DNA of 64,000 nucleotides from Octopus vulgaris (GCA_951406725.2 OX597826.1:36518001-36582000), one strand, 5' to 3'. Positions 38,680-52,111 are shown, counted from the first letter of the stretch. A program made the numbers and translations. The notes: generated by a model not told the origin, from the letters alone.

Positions 38680-39831
38680 ACATTTCTGAGAAAGGCATGA
38701 ATATCACAACATCAATTTAAAAGTTCATGGGACATCCTTGCAGGGTTTCCTTTCTTAGCTACTATTAAATAACCCTTCAAAGTTACATGGGAAATAAAGA
38801 CAAGTCATTTTAAGAGATTATTTCATAAATCAGAGAAGAATTGCAAGTATTGTCCGCAAAGTTTCCTATATTTCAATCAGCCGTCATACAGAGAAGCTTT
38901 CTATTACTTCTTTTAGAAATTATAAAGCAGACACAACACAATACATCGAATCTTCTCACACACCAAATACTGAACAACCAAAAACCTAATGGGCTGATGG
39001 CTAAAGTCAGAGAATAGATTTCTATTTTTTTTCTCCTTTTCTCTTCTTTTATTTCAGTTTCTATCAATGAATATTGGAAAATTAAGTTGGTTCAGACATA
39101 ATTCTGAATATGTATGTGACAATACTTCAATACTAATGAGTTGACACTTACAGACTTTACCATCGCTGCTCGCTAACTTCTACAAAATAGCAATGTAAAG
39201 TAAAATACAATTTATGTTGCTTACTTTCACTTAATATAACAGTTCCAACGAAAACTGTGTTAAATTGAAAAGGGAGGTCAAACGTATAGAAACAGAAAGA
39301 AGCATTGTTGTGCTTGTAGTTGCAGTTGTTGCTATTGTTATTGTTGTTGTTGTTGTTGTGGTAGTTTAACCCAAGGTTAGCATCGATGATCAAGCAGACC
39401 TATAATCAACGATCTTTCTGCTGTGATCACTCGGACTCTTTTTCCAGTTATCTATGATTATTTAGAACTACATTGTCAAACGTGGACACTCTCATATGCA
39501 TAGAGATACACACACATACACATATATATACATATATATATATATACATATGAGTATATATATATGTGTACATATATATGTGTGTATATATATATATATA
39601 TATGTGTGTATATACATACATACATACATACATATATATATATATCGAAAAGGTTGCAAGATGCAATGAAAATTTTAGGAAAATTAAAATAAGAAATAAG
39701 GGGAAATTTTACCGGTGAGTGTGTTGCATTATAAGACAAAAAAAGAAAATGACTCTCCTCAGACACAACAGAATATGCTTCAACACACGAACTCATATGA
39801 AGAATCTTGCAAACCAAATCCCAAAACGAAA

Positions 39832-39862
<31 letters not shown>

Positions 39863-39969
39863 GCATATGCATAGATAGAAAACTACATAGAGTCCTATAT
39901 ACATATATATATATAAATGCATGTGTGTGAGTATGTGTGTGTGTATGTGTGTATCAATCATCATCATCA

Positions 39970-40330
39970 TGATCCTCATCATTCAACGTCTGCTTTTCCT
40001 GCTGGCATGGATTGGATGGTTTGACTGGAAACTGTTAAGCCAGTGTGCTGCACCAGGTTCTGATCTGTTTTGGCAAAGTTTCTACAGCCCGATGCCCTTC
40101 TTGACACCAACCACTCCAAGAGTGTAGTGGGTGGTTTTTATGTTCCACTGGCAGAGGGAGGTGCCATTGACCTGACACCAGCATTGGCCATGACTACAGT
40201 CTCACTTGGCTTGACAGGTCAACACAAGCACAGTATATTGCCAAATGTCTTGTTCCCCTGTCACTGCCTCCATGAGGCCTGAAACTCAAATGGTGCTCTT
40301 TACATGCCAATCAGACAGCATTGGCATTGG
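39970..40330 (-). mobile_element. SINE family C copy
   Basis: ttcaacgtctgcttttcctgctggcatgg...tttctacagcccgatgcccttcttgacaccaaccact. Confidence 0.75.
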
Positions 40331-40706
40331 CTTCAGAATTAGAGCAATAATAACACTTCTATGCTGAAGTATAGACAGCATGTTCTTTGTCTATCTCCTT
40401 ACCTTCTTTGAGATTTTAGGTAAAACTATACTATTGTGTAACCATCTGTTTTAATTTAATTAAATTCTATGCCTTTATGCAGCTGAGGATTGCTCTGCGT
40501 CTAAATTGATGTAATGATTGAATTGTTCAATTAAATGGAGTTGCTTGAAACGACCGTACTGCATTACCTCTGGATATTCTTGTTGCTTATCTTGATTTTA
40601 GTCACCTTATTTTGAAATTGCATGGATAACACCGTACTAAATTCTGGTGCCTCAACTTAAGTACCATATTCATCTGAATCTAAATTATATATACATGTAT
40701 GTATGC

Positions 40707-40745
<39 letters not shown>

Positions 40746-41487
40746 TGGTGGATGCATATGAAGAGTAAAAAGTGATTCAAGAAAGATTTTGTTGCTATTT
40801 TTAGTAGGTTTTATAATATCATAGAAGCTCTGTTGTTGAGTTTTGTTCTCATCTATATTTCTAAATACTAAAAAAAAAAAGAAAAGAGAAACTTATGCTG
40901 GAATAGATATCTTGATTGCATACTTTTGAAACACTTGTATCTTTTTATCATTAGAGATATAATTAGTCCAATATTTTATCGTAATTATTAACTCTTGATA
41001 CTGTCAAGTGATTCTGCACTAGCTGGTTTTTTTATGCTACATCTCTCAAGAATCTTTTATGCTAAATAATAAGTAAAAGATCAATATAATTCTAGGATAA
41101 GACATTAATTTATTTGGAAGTAACATATTCGGGTGAACTGATGTCATTTACCTACAGCTTAGTGGCCTGAGACACATAGAATTATTGAATTAATATCTCT
41201 GGCTGGCAGACAATGATCTCCTGACTTATGAATAATATAACTTCTCATCCGTATGAATATTTTGTGTATGCATAGACATACATACATAAATACATATGAA
41301 GAAAATTACACACACAAACACAAACACACACACACACATACACATGCTCACGTTTATATATCTATATACGTATTCATGTATATATTTTGTTTTAATAATG
41401 GCAACAATACTCTTTTCATAGCCAGATATATTTATACACACACACACATATATATTTGTGCATGTATGTGTGTGAGTGTGTGTATGC

Positions 41488-41569
<82 letters not shown>

Positions 41570-42123
41570 ATATATGTATATATATATACATATATATATG
41601 CATACATTTATATATATATATACATATATACACACACGCACACACACACACATATATATATATGTATACATGCATACATATACATACAAATACATTCATG
41701 CATACACACACACACATGCAGTGACCTACCAAAAGGTTTTATTTATTTCTTCCTTTCTTTTTTCTAATTAAATATCAAATATGTTTTCATTTCTTTGCCG
41801 TCCCATAATAGGAATTTGTGTTTTGGGGATTAATTGTAATTTTAATTTCATAAAAGTATAACAATGAAAACCATTGGGGTAAAAAAACGATATTGATGAA
41901 TGTACACATGGCTACACCATTGTATCATGCTATCAATGTTGAAAGTCGAATCAAGAATATATTTCAGACTTTATAGACTATTGAAAAAGTCTTAAATTCA
42001 TCTTAAATATCTTAAATACCTTAACTTCATTTTCCATTTTAGATTTGGCTTGCAAGATTTGATACTTGATGACAATTTGAGTGTTGAAATAAATTTTGTT
42101 GTCTTGGGAAGGTCGTCATGCCA

Positions 42124-42623
42124 ATGATAATAGTAACACACACTGGTTCAGCATCACTTCTCCATTGTTAGCCAATTGCTTAAGTATCTAACCAACTAAC
42201 AAACTGATCATCTGTCTAATGTGTTGGTTAAGCAGTTAATCAGTTGTTTGTTAGTCTCAAAGTCCTTTCATTGCAGTTCATGAACTTTTCAATAACTTTC
42301 TCTCTTCAAGGTCTGAATCTGTCCAAGAATTGGTCTCATGTGTGTGTGTGTGTGGGTGTGTGAGTGCACATGCATGACTGCTTCTATGTGTGTTAGTAGC
42401 CACCTGATACCCCTTTAAGGGTCATGTAAATGCATTATGGCAAGGTCTGTTATTAAAGCATGGTTATATCTACCTAGATACCAATCAAAATATACTTGGA
42501 AGACATTTTCAAGCAAAATATCTACAAGAGGAAGAATATTTTGTGTGTGCATATACATAGATACATACACACATAAACATGTATATAAGTGTGTTGTTTC
42601 CATCATTAAAACTATATACATGC

Positions 42624-42667
<44 letters not shown>

Positions 42668-43132
42668 GCCTGTTTCTGCACTCATTCTTGATCACTCTCT
42701 CTCTTACCTTCTCTTGCTCTTTCCTCCAGCTAGGTAACCAAGTATCTCCTTTACATCAGTACACCTGTTTCTGCTTCTCTATTTCTCTATCACACTCTAA
42801 TCTTGCATTGTCTTTGTTAGTTCAGTTTGGTAGTAAACTAACAAACCAACAAAGTAACAAATTTATTCAATGATCAGCAAGGGTCACAGAATCATGAAGA
42901 TGCACATCCCGTTGGATTTGAATGTTTTGCAATGTTGTGGTTGATTTATTCGCCTGAAGGAAATGTTATTTTTTTCTAATGATGTATTGTCTGCATTAAT
43001 CAATTAAAAATTCGTTGGAAACAGCTGTAGGGAATCAACACATTTTCATCTGTTGTTATTCATTCATTCACACGCACACATACACACACACATATATATA
43101 CATATATATGTATATTTATATATATATAAACA

Positions 43133-43181
<49 letters not shown>

Positions 43182-43439
43182 ACAGTTTACAAAAAAACAA
43201 AAGACGAAGACAGGTGGTGTACAAAACAAACAGATGTATTAGCATAACGATCAGGAATAGAAAAAGTCTTTTATGTTTCGAGCCTATGATAATAGTAACA
43301 CACACACTGGTTCAGCATCACTTCTCCATTGTTAACCAATTGCTTAAGTATCTAACCAACTAACAAACTAATCATTTGTTTAATGTGTTGGTTAAGCAAT
43401 CAGTCAGTAGTTTGTTAGTCTCAAAGTCCTATCATTGCA
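42124..43439 (+). repeat. ~150-bp direct duplication (42124-42275 and 43286-43439)
   Basis: atgataatagtaacacac..tggttcagcatcacttctccattg...gtctcaaagtcct.tcattgca occurs twice with few differences. Confidence 0.9.
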
Positions 43440-43662
43440 AGAAAGGGACACAGAAAAAACAAGAAGAGAAAAAAGATATATATATATATATATATATATT
43501 TATACATATCCTCAAGTATTTTATATGTAATAGAGAAATGTAGAATATACATATATATATAAATTAAAATAATGAGGGTAGAAATTGCTATCAATCAATT
43601 AACATCAATTTAAACCAGTGGTCTAGCATATTCAAAAAAATCCGAAGATTTAAAAACTATAT

Positions 43663-43839
43663 TACAATTAATAAGAGGAATGACCACTAAAGTGGATTCC
43701 TATATGCTAAAGATAGACAAAGAGTGTGTTCTCACGAAAAAGTTTTGGCATTTGCTGGGTCTTATTCTTGAGAACGCACTCAATTTGATATCTATCTCTA
43801 GCATATAGGAATCCACTTTAGCGGTCATTCCTCTTATTA

Positions 43840-43845
<6 letters not shown>
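43663..43845. repeat. ~183-bp foldback hairpin at the end of a repeat inserted in (TA)n
   Basis: tacaattaataagaggaatgaccactaaagtggattcctatatgcta pairs with tagcatataggaatccactttagcggtcattcctcttattaattgta; inner arm gagtgtgttctca / tgagaacgcactc. Confidence 0.9.
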
Positions 43846-43891
<46 letters not shown>

Positions 43892-44434
43892 TACATGTGT
43901 GTGTGTGTGTGCATATGCATGTGTTTGTGTGTATGTATGTTATGTAAGTATGTTTGCTTTAGTATTGCTTTTCAAGTAGATTATCAATATTTTCTTATAT
44001 TTTTCTTTCTTGAAACACATTTTGTTAAATATTCTTCCAAGAGAAAACATGTATTCAAGAAAAAAAAAACAAACTACTTATGGATTTTATATTTGTGTTT
44101 TGTTTCTTTATTTTTTATCTTTTATTTTCTTTTCTTCTATTTCTGACTTTATTGATTTCTAATAAAACATAATTCAACTGGTGACATGAAACTCAAGAAA
44201 TAAATTGATATCAGATTTGAAACGTAGGTAGAGGTTTATAGAAAGAAAACACTGGTAATAATGTTGTTGTTTCTTCTTCTGGTTTTAGGCCTTGGTCAGC
44301 TCTGATTGAGCAGAACTATGATTGATGCTGTTCCATCCAGGACAATTTTGCCTTTTTCTCAAATCTCAGTGTGAAGGCAGCATCATCCAATATGCCCCCT
44401 CATTTTTATAATGGTACGAAGGGTATAATTTGAA

Positions 44435-44670
44435 GATCTGGCAGCCAGTTGACAGTATCATTAGCATGCTGGACGAAATTCCTTGCAGTATTTTGTCTGC
44501 TGTTACATTCTGAGTTCAAATTCCGCCAAAGTTGACTTTACCTTTCATCCTTTCGGGGTTGATTAAATAAATACCAGTTATGCACTGGGGTTGATGTAAT
44601 CAACTTAATCCCTTTGTCTGTCCTTGTTTGTCCCCTGTATGTTTAGCCCCCTGTGGGCAATAAAGAAATA
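44435..44670 (+). mobile_element. SINE family B copy nested in a family-D SINE
   Basis: gagttcaaattccgccaaagttgactttacctttcatcctttcgggg; aatttgaagat repeated at ~44428 and ~44671. Confidence 0.75.
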
Positions 44671-44811
44671 AATTTGAAGATATGGCTGTTTTCTTTACCA
44701 AGTAACCATTTGAGAGATCTTGTCTTATGTCTGTTGTTGATCTGTGGTCATTGTTGTTGTTGCTGCTGTAGTTGTTAGTATTTATCCCCCTGATTCTATG
44801 CCTCCATGGAT

Positions 44812-46038
44812 CTCCCTCTTTCATTACTTCCATTGTCTTCTCTACATTGCCGCCACCAATGGTGACACACTTCTCCTATTGCTTTATGCAGCTGTGAAGA
44901 CCTCAGCTGTAGAAGTCATTAGGTTGCATCTGGCACCAAGACTTTACCTCAGAAACAAGTTTCATCATCATCCAAAAAGTGCTTCTTCTTCAAAAACGAC
45001 TTCATGGCTGGAAAGAGGTGGAAGTCAGATGGGATGAGGCCAGGAGAGTAAGTGGAGTGAGGAAGGATTTCATCTGGGCAACATGCGCGTTGTGAACTGG
45101 GGGTGTTGTCTTGGAGGAGGCAGACTCTTTTGATCAGCATGCCACACCTCTCTGCTTCGATGGTATCTTGCAATTTCTGCAGTAGAGAAGCATAATATGC
45201 CCTGTTAATTGTGGTGCCCTTTGCCAGAAAATCCATCATCACTACTCCGCACTGATCCCAAAAGACTTTGAGTTTTACCTTACCTGCTGAGGGTTGGACA
45301 CAAGCCTTCTTTGTATGTAGTGAGTAATCATGCTTCCATTACTTCAACTGGACTTTAGTCTCAGGATCAAAGTGATGGGCCCATGTTTCACCCTGTGAGA
45401 TAAGTCTGCCGAAAAAGTCCTCCTCGTTTTCTTGGCACAATGCTAAAAAAGTCTAAGAGCAACTGCCTCATTCCTGCTTCTGTAAAGGTGTGAGCATCTG
45501 GGGAATCCATCATGCAGACAACTTCCACATATGCGAATGATGTGAATGATTTTTTTTCCATGGACCCTACACTTATCTTCACTTCTTGGACTAGTTGCCA
45601 ATTAGTTATGTGGCAATCCTCCAAAAAAAACAGTTTCCACTTTATGGATGGTGTCATCATCAATGGCAGAATGTGGCCATCCACGAATAGGTGAAGTTTC
45701 CACCGACGGCCAACCACATTGGAACTGGTGATGCCAGTGCTTGACTACAACATATGATGGTGCATCGTCACCATAAACTTCTTTTCATTTCATCAAAAGT
45801 CTCTTTTGGTGTACGACCATACAGGTATAAGAACTTGATCACTGATCTGCATTCAACTGCCTCCATTATATAACACCTTAGTCCACTTCAGCATCAGTAA
45901 AAGACAAATGAATACTAGCACAGAGCTGAAATTTACAATGTGATGTGTAGAGACATGTATGATTATATCTGTACAAGTTCCGTTTCCTGCAATAAATGGA
46001 AGTGGGTCAAGGGAAATCTTTAATGAACATCCCTCGTA
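44812..46038 (-). mobile_element. Near full-length degenerate mariner (DD34D) transposon
   Basis: N-terminal VIKFLYLYGRTPKETFDEM..YGDDAPSY..VKHW; ORF 44949-45242 has LLQDN and YSPGLIPSDFHLF (YSPDLAPSD motif); ends EKCVTIGGGNVEK; one end reads tacgagggatgttc; frameshifted. Confidence 0.9.
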
Positions 46039-46060
46039 TGTGTGTGTGTACATACATACA

Positions 46061-46116
<56 letters not shown>

Positions 46117-46132
46117 AATATGTATATATATG

Positions 46133-46167
<35 letters not shown>

Positions 46168-46506
46168 AAGGTGCATAGTTTAGTGGTGAGTGTGTTGCAC
46201 TCATGATTGTGAGATCATTGGTTTGATTCCCAGACTTACTATCTTAGATATGGAGAGACTCAACTGATAATACTGAACTCATGAGATTACTATGCTTAGG
46301 AAATAAGCCAGATGGTCATGAATGGAATAGTGCTGAGCTTGACTTTGCTCAATCAGAGCTGACAGAGATACATACACACATACAGGTATTTAGAATAAAA
46401 TCCTCAATGTATCAGAGACCTGTGCATGCACCCTTGAAATGGATGGATGGCTGGATGGACGGATGGGCAGGTAAGTATAGGTGGGCAGATAGATTGACAG
46501 ACAGAC

Positions 46507-46542
<36 letters not shown>

Positions 46543-46543
46543 T

Positions 46544-46577
<34 letters not shown>

Positions 46578-46578
46578 G

Positions 46579-46617
<39 letters not shown>

Positions 46618-47420
46618 CTAACAGACAGATAGATACATGCATAGGTGCCTATGTGTGTATGTATATATATATATATACATCTATATCTGTATTCATGTGT
46701 GTGTGTGTGTGCACGCACACATTCGAGTAAGATATACATATCCATGTAACTTGTAGGTATGTAAACACAAGAGAAGAAATCAAACCAAAACCCAATTATC
46801 TTATAGAGCTTTTAAAGGGTCAGTTTTCCTCTCCACTGCTATGTCTGTTGTCCAAACAAGACAACAGAATTGTTTTCAATACAAAATATCATTACAATCG
46901 TTGCATGTGGCATCAAATCTTAGTTCAGAATTCAATTTATTTCAAGCACAATGTAATTGTTAACTAATAAACCATTTTTGTGTTCTACTTATGTATTTCA
47001 TGATTTTTTTAATGCTTTTTTTTGTTTTTTTGTTTTTTTTTCATTTATTCAGTGTGTGTTTTAGTTGTTTTAGTTGTTTTAGCATTACTGGTTTCTGAAG
47101 ATTGTTGTAGTTTGGACCAAGGAATACGGTAAACAACTGCAGCCAAATGAAATATCAACAGAATATATTTCTATACAGCATGCTATCACTACAATACCTG
47201 ATATCCAGAGAGATCACATAAATAATATCTTTTTTTTCTGTTGACAGTAAATGAATATTTATAACAATTATCTTGGAATCAACCATATTGAAGGAGGAGA
47301 TGAAGTTATAATAAAAATAATGATGGTGTTGTTGATGATGATAATGATGATGATGATGATATTAACAAAAGAATAATAATAACAATAATAACAATAATAG
47401 CGATAATAACAATAACAATG

Positions 47421-47463
<43 letters not shown>

Positions 47464-47477
47464 TGATGATGATGATG

Positions 47478-47520
<43 letters not shown>

Positions 47521-47534
47521 TGATGATGATAATG

Positions 47535-47605
<71 letters not shown>

Positions 47606-47614
47606 AAAAATGAT

Positions 47615-47803
47615 TTCAAATTTTTGCCACAAGGGCAAAGAATTAAGTCGATTACATCAACCCCAGTGTTCAACTTGTACTTAGTTTATTGACTCCGAAA
47701 GGATGAAAGGCAAAGTTGACATAGGCAGAATTTGAACTCAGAACATAGCGACAGGCGAAATACCACCAAGCATTTCATCCAGCATGCTAACGCTTCTGCC
47801 AGA
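47615..47803 (-). mobile_element. SINE family B copy within (TAA)n
   Basis: ccgaaaggatgaaaggcaaagttgac..gaatttgaactcagaac...gctaacgcttctgccag. Confidence 0.85.
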
Positions 47804-47823
47804 TAATGATAATGATAATAATG

Positions 47824-47881
<58 letters not shown>

Positions 47882-47912
47882 TAATAATAATTATGATAAT
47901 AATAATAATAAT

Positions 47913-48170
47913 AAACAATTCCTATCATAGTAGGTGCATTAGGCATGATAAAAAAATATTCAGACAAATACATAACAAAAACACCAGGACTTACAAACAC
48001 ATATAACATACAGAAAATTGCACTACTAGGCACTGCACACATCCTACGCAGAACACTTTCCATACAATAACCATCAGAGCATCACAACAAATCACAGCAC
48101 ATACCCAAGGCACACAGAGCTGCGCTCGGTAGTGAAGTGAAAGCACGCTATAAAAATAAAAATAAAACTA

Positions 48171-48175
<5 letters not shown>
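47913..48175 (+). mobile_element. Dong/R4-clade LINE, 5'-truncated 3' end, in (TAA)n
   Basis: IPIIVGALGMIKKYSDKYITKTPGLTNTYNIQKIALLGTAHILRRTLSIQ* matches the R4/Dong C-terminus (PxxxGALG...QKxxLLGTAxILR); (TAA)n on both sides. Confidence 0.85.
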
Positions 48176-48269
<94 letters not shown>

Positions 48270-48273
48270 TATG

Positions 48274-48332
<59 letters not shown>

Positions 48333-48357
48333 TATAATAATAATAATAATGATGATG

Positions 48358-48411
<54 letters not shown>

Positions 48412-48414
<3 letters not shown>

Positions 48415-48939
48415 TGCCCTGATGCAGTACCAGGCAGTGGCTCTTGTGGCTTCTGATCTTAACTGATTGGAAGTGCTATCATGTACATTGTTTCGTCTTG
48501 GTATAAAAGATGAGCTACAGCAAATATTCTGCTCAATACTACAGATTCACTTGTCAGTTGTTTGACCAGTTGAGCTTATCCCTTGGTGGTTGATGATATG
48601 TGGATCTCTGATCATGAGCAGAAATAGTGGTAGAGCATCATAACCATGTGTTGAGAGGAGTTCTTAGAGGTTTAGATAATTCACCTCTGGAAACATGGGT
48701 GTTTCGTTCAACATCCTTAAACAACCCTTATTCAGGGATCTTTTGAACAGGATGGGCTACTCGTGTTGAAGAAATTTCTAACTGGGCTCCATCTTGATAC
48801 GAGTTCACCATGCCGCACACATGTGGTTGTGATGTATGTGCCTGGTGTGCTCTTATCAGACGGGTAGTCATGATGGGTATACTGGGCTTCGTATATGTAA
48901 CCCAGTGTCACTTTGATGGCATGCACTGCTCTCTCACTC
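48412..48939. mobile_element. Non-coding-looking ~530-bp insert between (TAA)n and (CAA)n tracts, probable TAA-targeting LINE derivative
   Basis: Sharp boundaries with microsatellite on both sides and higher GC than flanks; family assignment is inference. Confidence 0.45.
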
Positions 48940-48982
48940 AATAACAACAACAACAACAACAACAACGATAATATTAATAATA

Positions 48983-49505
48983 TAGCATGGATTGTCCATT
49001 GCAGACTTTGCAACAAGTATTGGTTTGACAGAGCAAAAAAGGGGTACAAACATAAAGCCGAAGGCATCATCGAAAATGATAAGGCAAAGATCCTATGGGA
49101 TTCTATGATTCAGTGCATCCATGAGACAGAGAATAGGAAGCCAGACATAAGCATAATTGAGAAAGAAAACAAACTATGCTGGATCATAGGATGCCCAGCT
49201 GACAGCAAGGTATGTGATAAGGAAGAAAGAAAAGTTGATAGATATGACAGGTTAGCTTGGGAGGTTAAGCAGTTGTGGTCACTGAAAAAGGTGGTAGTAG
49301 TGCCAATAATTGTCGGAGCCCTGGGAACAGTAAGTTAAAAAATCTTGAGAAGTACATGAAACAAACAGTGGCTGCAATAAGGGTGGAGCACTTGCAGAAA
49401 ACGGCACTGTTTGGAGCTCAACAATAAGAGGTGTTACCTTATTTCACAGGTGGTGAAAAGCTGATACTGTGGTACATCTCCAACATTAGAAGCTGTATAA
49501 AGACA
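48983..49505 (+). mobile_element. Dong/R4-clade LINE 3' fragment with restriction-like endonuclease domain
   Basis: ORF 48913-49338 has YKHKAEGIIENDKAKILWD...RKPDI...KVDRYDRLAWEVKQLW...VPIIVGALG; ends before a (TAA)n tract. Confidence 0.9.
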
Positions 49506-51493
49506 ATAAATAATAATAATGATTTTTTTTCTGATTTTGTAATATATCAAGCCTCAGTTAACTTTGATCTCATTTTCATTTCCAACATTAGAAGCTGTAT
49601 AAAGCAATAAATAATAATAATGATTTTTTTCTGATTTTGTCCCAAGACCAGAAGTTTTGAGGTGAGTGGTAAGTTATTGACACTGCTGCCCAGTGGTCAA
49701 ATGGTTCTTCTTCCATTGATCCTGAAAAAATAATATATCAAAAAAAAAAAAAAAAAGTCAGCCTCAGTTAACTTTGATCTCAAAACATAAATAACTGAAA
49801 GAAATGTCACTAAATATTCAATGTGGCCCTTTGATGGTTCTAGCAGCTTGGGATAATGGTGTCTCATTCAAGCAGAATTCCAGCAAGGGTTGAGAAACAG
49901 AGTTACCCAATACCATCAACCCAAGAATTATAAATTTGGATGAAAATCAAAGTTTACCTTGGTTGTAAAGAATGAAGCCGTTCTTCTTCTCTCTCTCTCT
50001 CTCTCCCTTCAAATCCCCTGATCTCTGCTTGGCTACTATAATCCATAGATGTCAGCCAGTTCCCAAGCCTGGTTAAAAGTGGATAGGAATTAGTCCTTTT
50101 TTCCATATCTTCTCAAAAAAAAAATGTAAAAAAAAGTAACTTCTGACAGAACCTGTCTAAGAAAAACCAAAGGAAGTTCGTACAGCCCTGAGTCAGTAAT
50201 GGTGGTGGGGCATGGATGGACTAATGTATAGAGTATTAAATAAACCAAGGACTTACTTCCATTTGGGACTTTAGTGCTTTTAAGAGGGCCCATTGTATTG
50301 CAAGCATTCAAGTTTGGTTTTCCAGTCTGAAAATAACCTCCTGCTTTCAACCCATCAGTCTGAGAGGCTCAGGTCAGAGGTCATGTATATTGACCTCACT
50401 CATTTGCATAAGACATTTAAAAACAAAAAAAATTAAAAGGAGACAGATTGATTGTTTATAGAAATATCAACTGTACGGTTCATTTGATGAACTAGCAGTG
50501 TGGCATTGAATCGGTCTGTAGAAGCAGTGTTGATCAAAGACACTCAACAACAACAACGACGACGACGACGACAACAACAACAACAATGAAAACATCATCA
50601 ATGACAAAAGAGATATATTTACTAATTGGACGATGTGAAATGTTAAATGAGATGGAGAAATACATCAAGTGACCTTTGCGTTTAATTGTCTGCGAAATAA
50701 AGAAAGAATTTGTGGAAATAACATATTTGAGATGCAAGAAGTGAACTGACTTTCTTGATGCTGCCATTTATCAATAGCTACACCATTCATGCCACTACAT
50801 CCTCCTTCGTCACCACCAACATCAACACCATTATCAGCCATCATTGGGTACTGTCATCGTATCAGACAATGCAACCATGGCCAACAATGACCACCACCAT
50901 CTCCGTCATTGCAACCACTTCTGCTTCTGCTATGTTTAATGATGTGGCTGTGATGACAGCATAAACATCGCTCTAACCGCCACTACCTCTGCCACCACCA
51001 CCTCCGCCACCACCACCACCATCACTACTGCCACTGCCACCGCTACCGACAACAACATCACTGTAACTGACCACCACCACCACCACCACCACTAAATAGC
51101 TCACTGTCACCACCAACACCAATAACAACAACCACGGTGACAGTAACAGCAACCAACAGCACAACCACAACCACCACAAACACTACCACCACCACCACAA
51201 CCACTACCACCATTGCCAACACCACCACCACCACCATCACCAATGTCACCAAACCTTTCAAATGCTGTTCCTCCACCTGTCTCGAACAGTAGGATGTCTT
51301 GTGAAACAAGTGAATTGTTTAAAGAGCAATTTAGATTTTATGAGAGAAATTTCAGTTAAAAGAATGTTTGTGTGTGTGCGTGTGTATGTGTGAGTGTATA
51401 TCTGTGTGTATGTGTGTGTCTGCATGTCTGTGTAGATGTATGTGTTCGTAAGTATGGATGTATCTATACATATGTACAAGTGTTTATATAATA

Positions 51494-51891
51494 CTAGCAG
51501 TATCGCCCGGCGTTGCTCGGGTTTGTAAGGGAAATAACTATATAAGCATTTTTAGAGATGTAAAGTATAATAGCCATCTCAATATGGCTAACCACAAAGG
51601 GGGGGTTGTTACTGTAGCTTTTTATGTTCTGAGATTTAATAATAAATTTTTAGAGAGTTACTTCCCTTATATATGCCAAAAATGCATTAAAAAATGGGAA
51701 AAATCGATGGTAAATTTTTTTTTAAATCGTAGACTCATCGTAGACGCGCGCTAATACCCAGAAGGGCTCGATATGAATCACGACTATAAGATACCCGGTT
51801 TTGGTTAAACTGCACCGCAAAATGTGGGAGTAGTTAGGAATCTAAATCGTAGGAGACAGACAGTACACAACCTCTCTTTTATATATAAAGA
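51494..51891 (-). mobile_element. Complete non-autonomous Helitron (~398 bp)
   Basis: Minus strand begins a|TCtttatatataaaag and ends with hairpin cccgagcaacgccggg then CTAG|t: 5'-TC, 3'-CTAG, A|T insertion site. Confidence 0.9.
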
Positions 51892-52060
51892 TATACATAC
51901 AACCTTTCTATTATAGGCAAAAGACCTGAAATTTGGAGGAGGGAGATAGTCAATTACAGCGACACCGGTAGTCAACTGGTACTTAATTTATCTATGCCGA
52001 AAGGATGAAAGGCAAAGTCGACCTCAGCGGAATTTGAAATCAGAAAGTAGCAATAGGCAA

Positions 52061-52111
<51 letters not shown>

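Noticed and set aside
39700-39790. Minus-strand CTGAGGA-gagt...actc-accggta as a hammerhead
   Set aside because: The GAAA box is missing and stem I is not evident; not supportable without a family consensus.
47380-48410. Repeat-spacer alternation resembling a CRISPR array
   Set aside because: The repeats are variable-length (TAA)n microsatellites and the spacers are retroelement fragments in a eukaryotic context; no cas genes.
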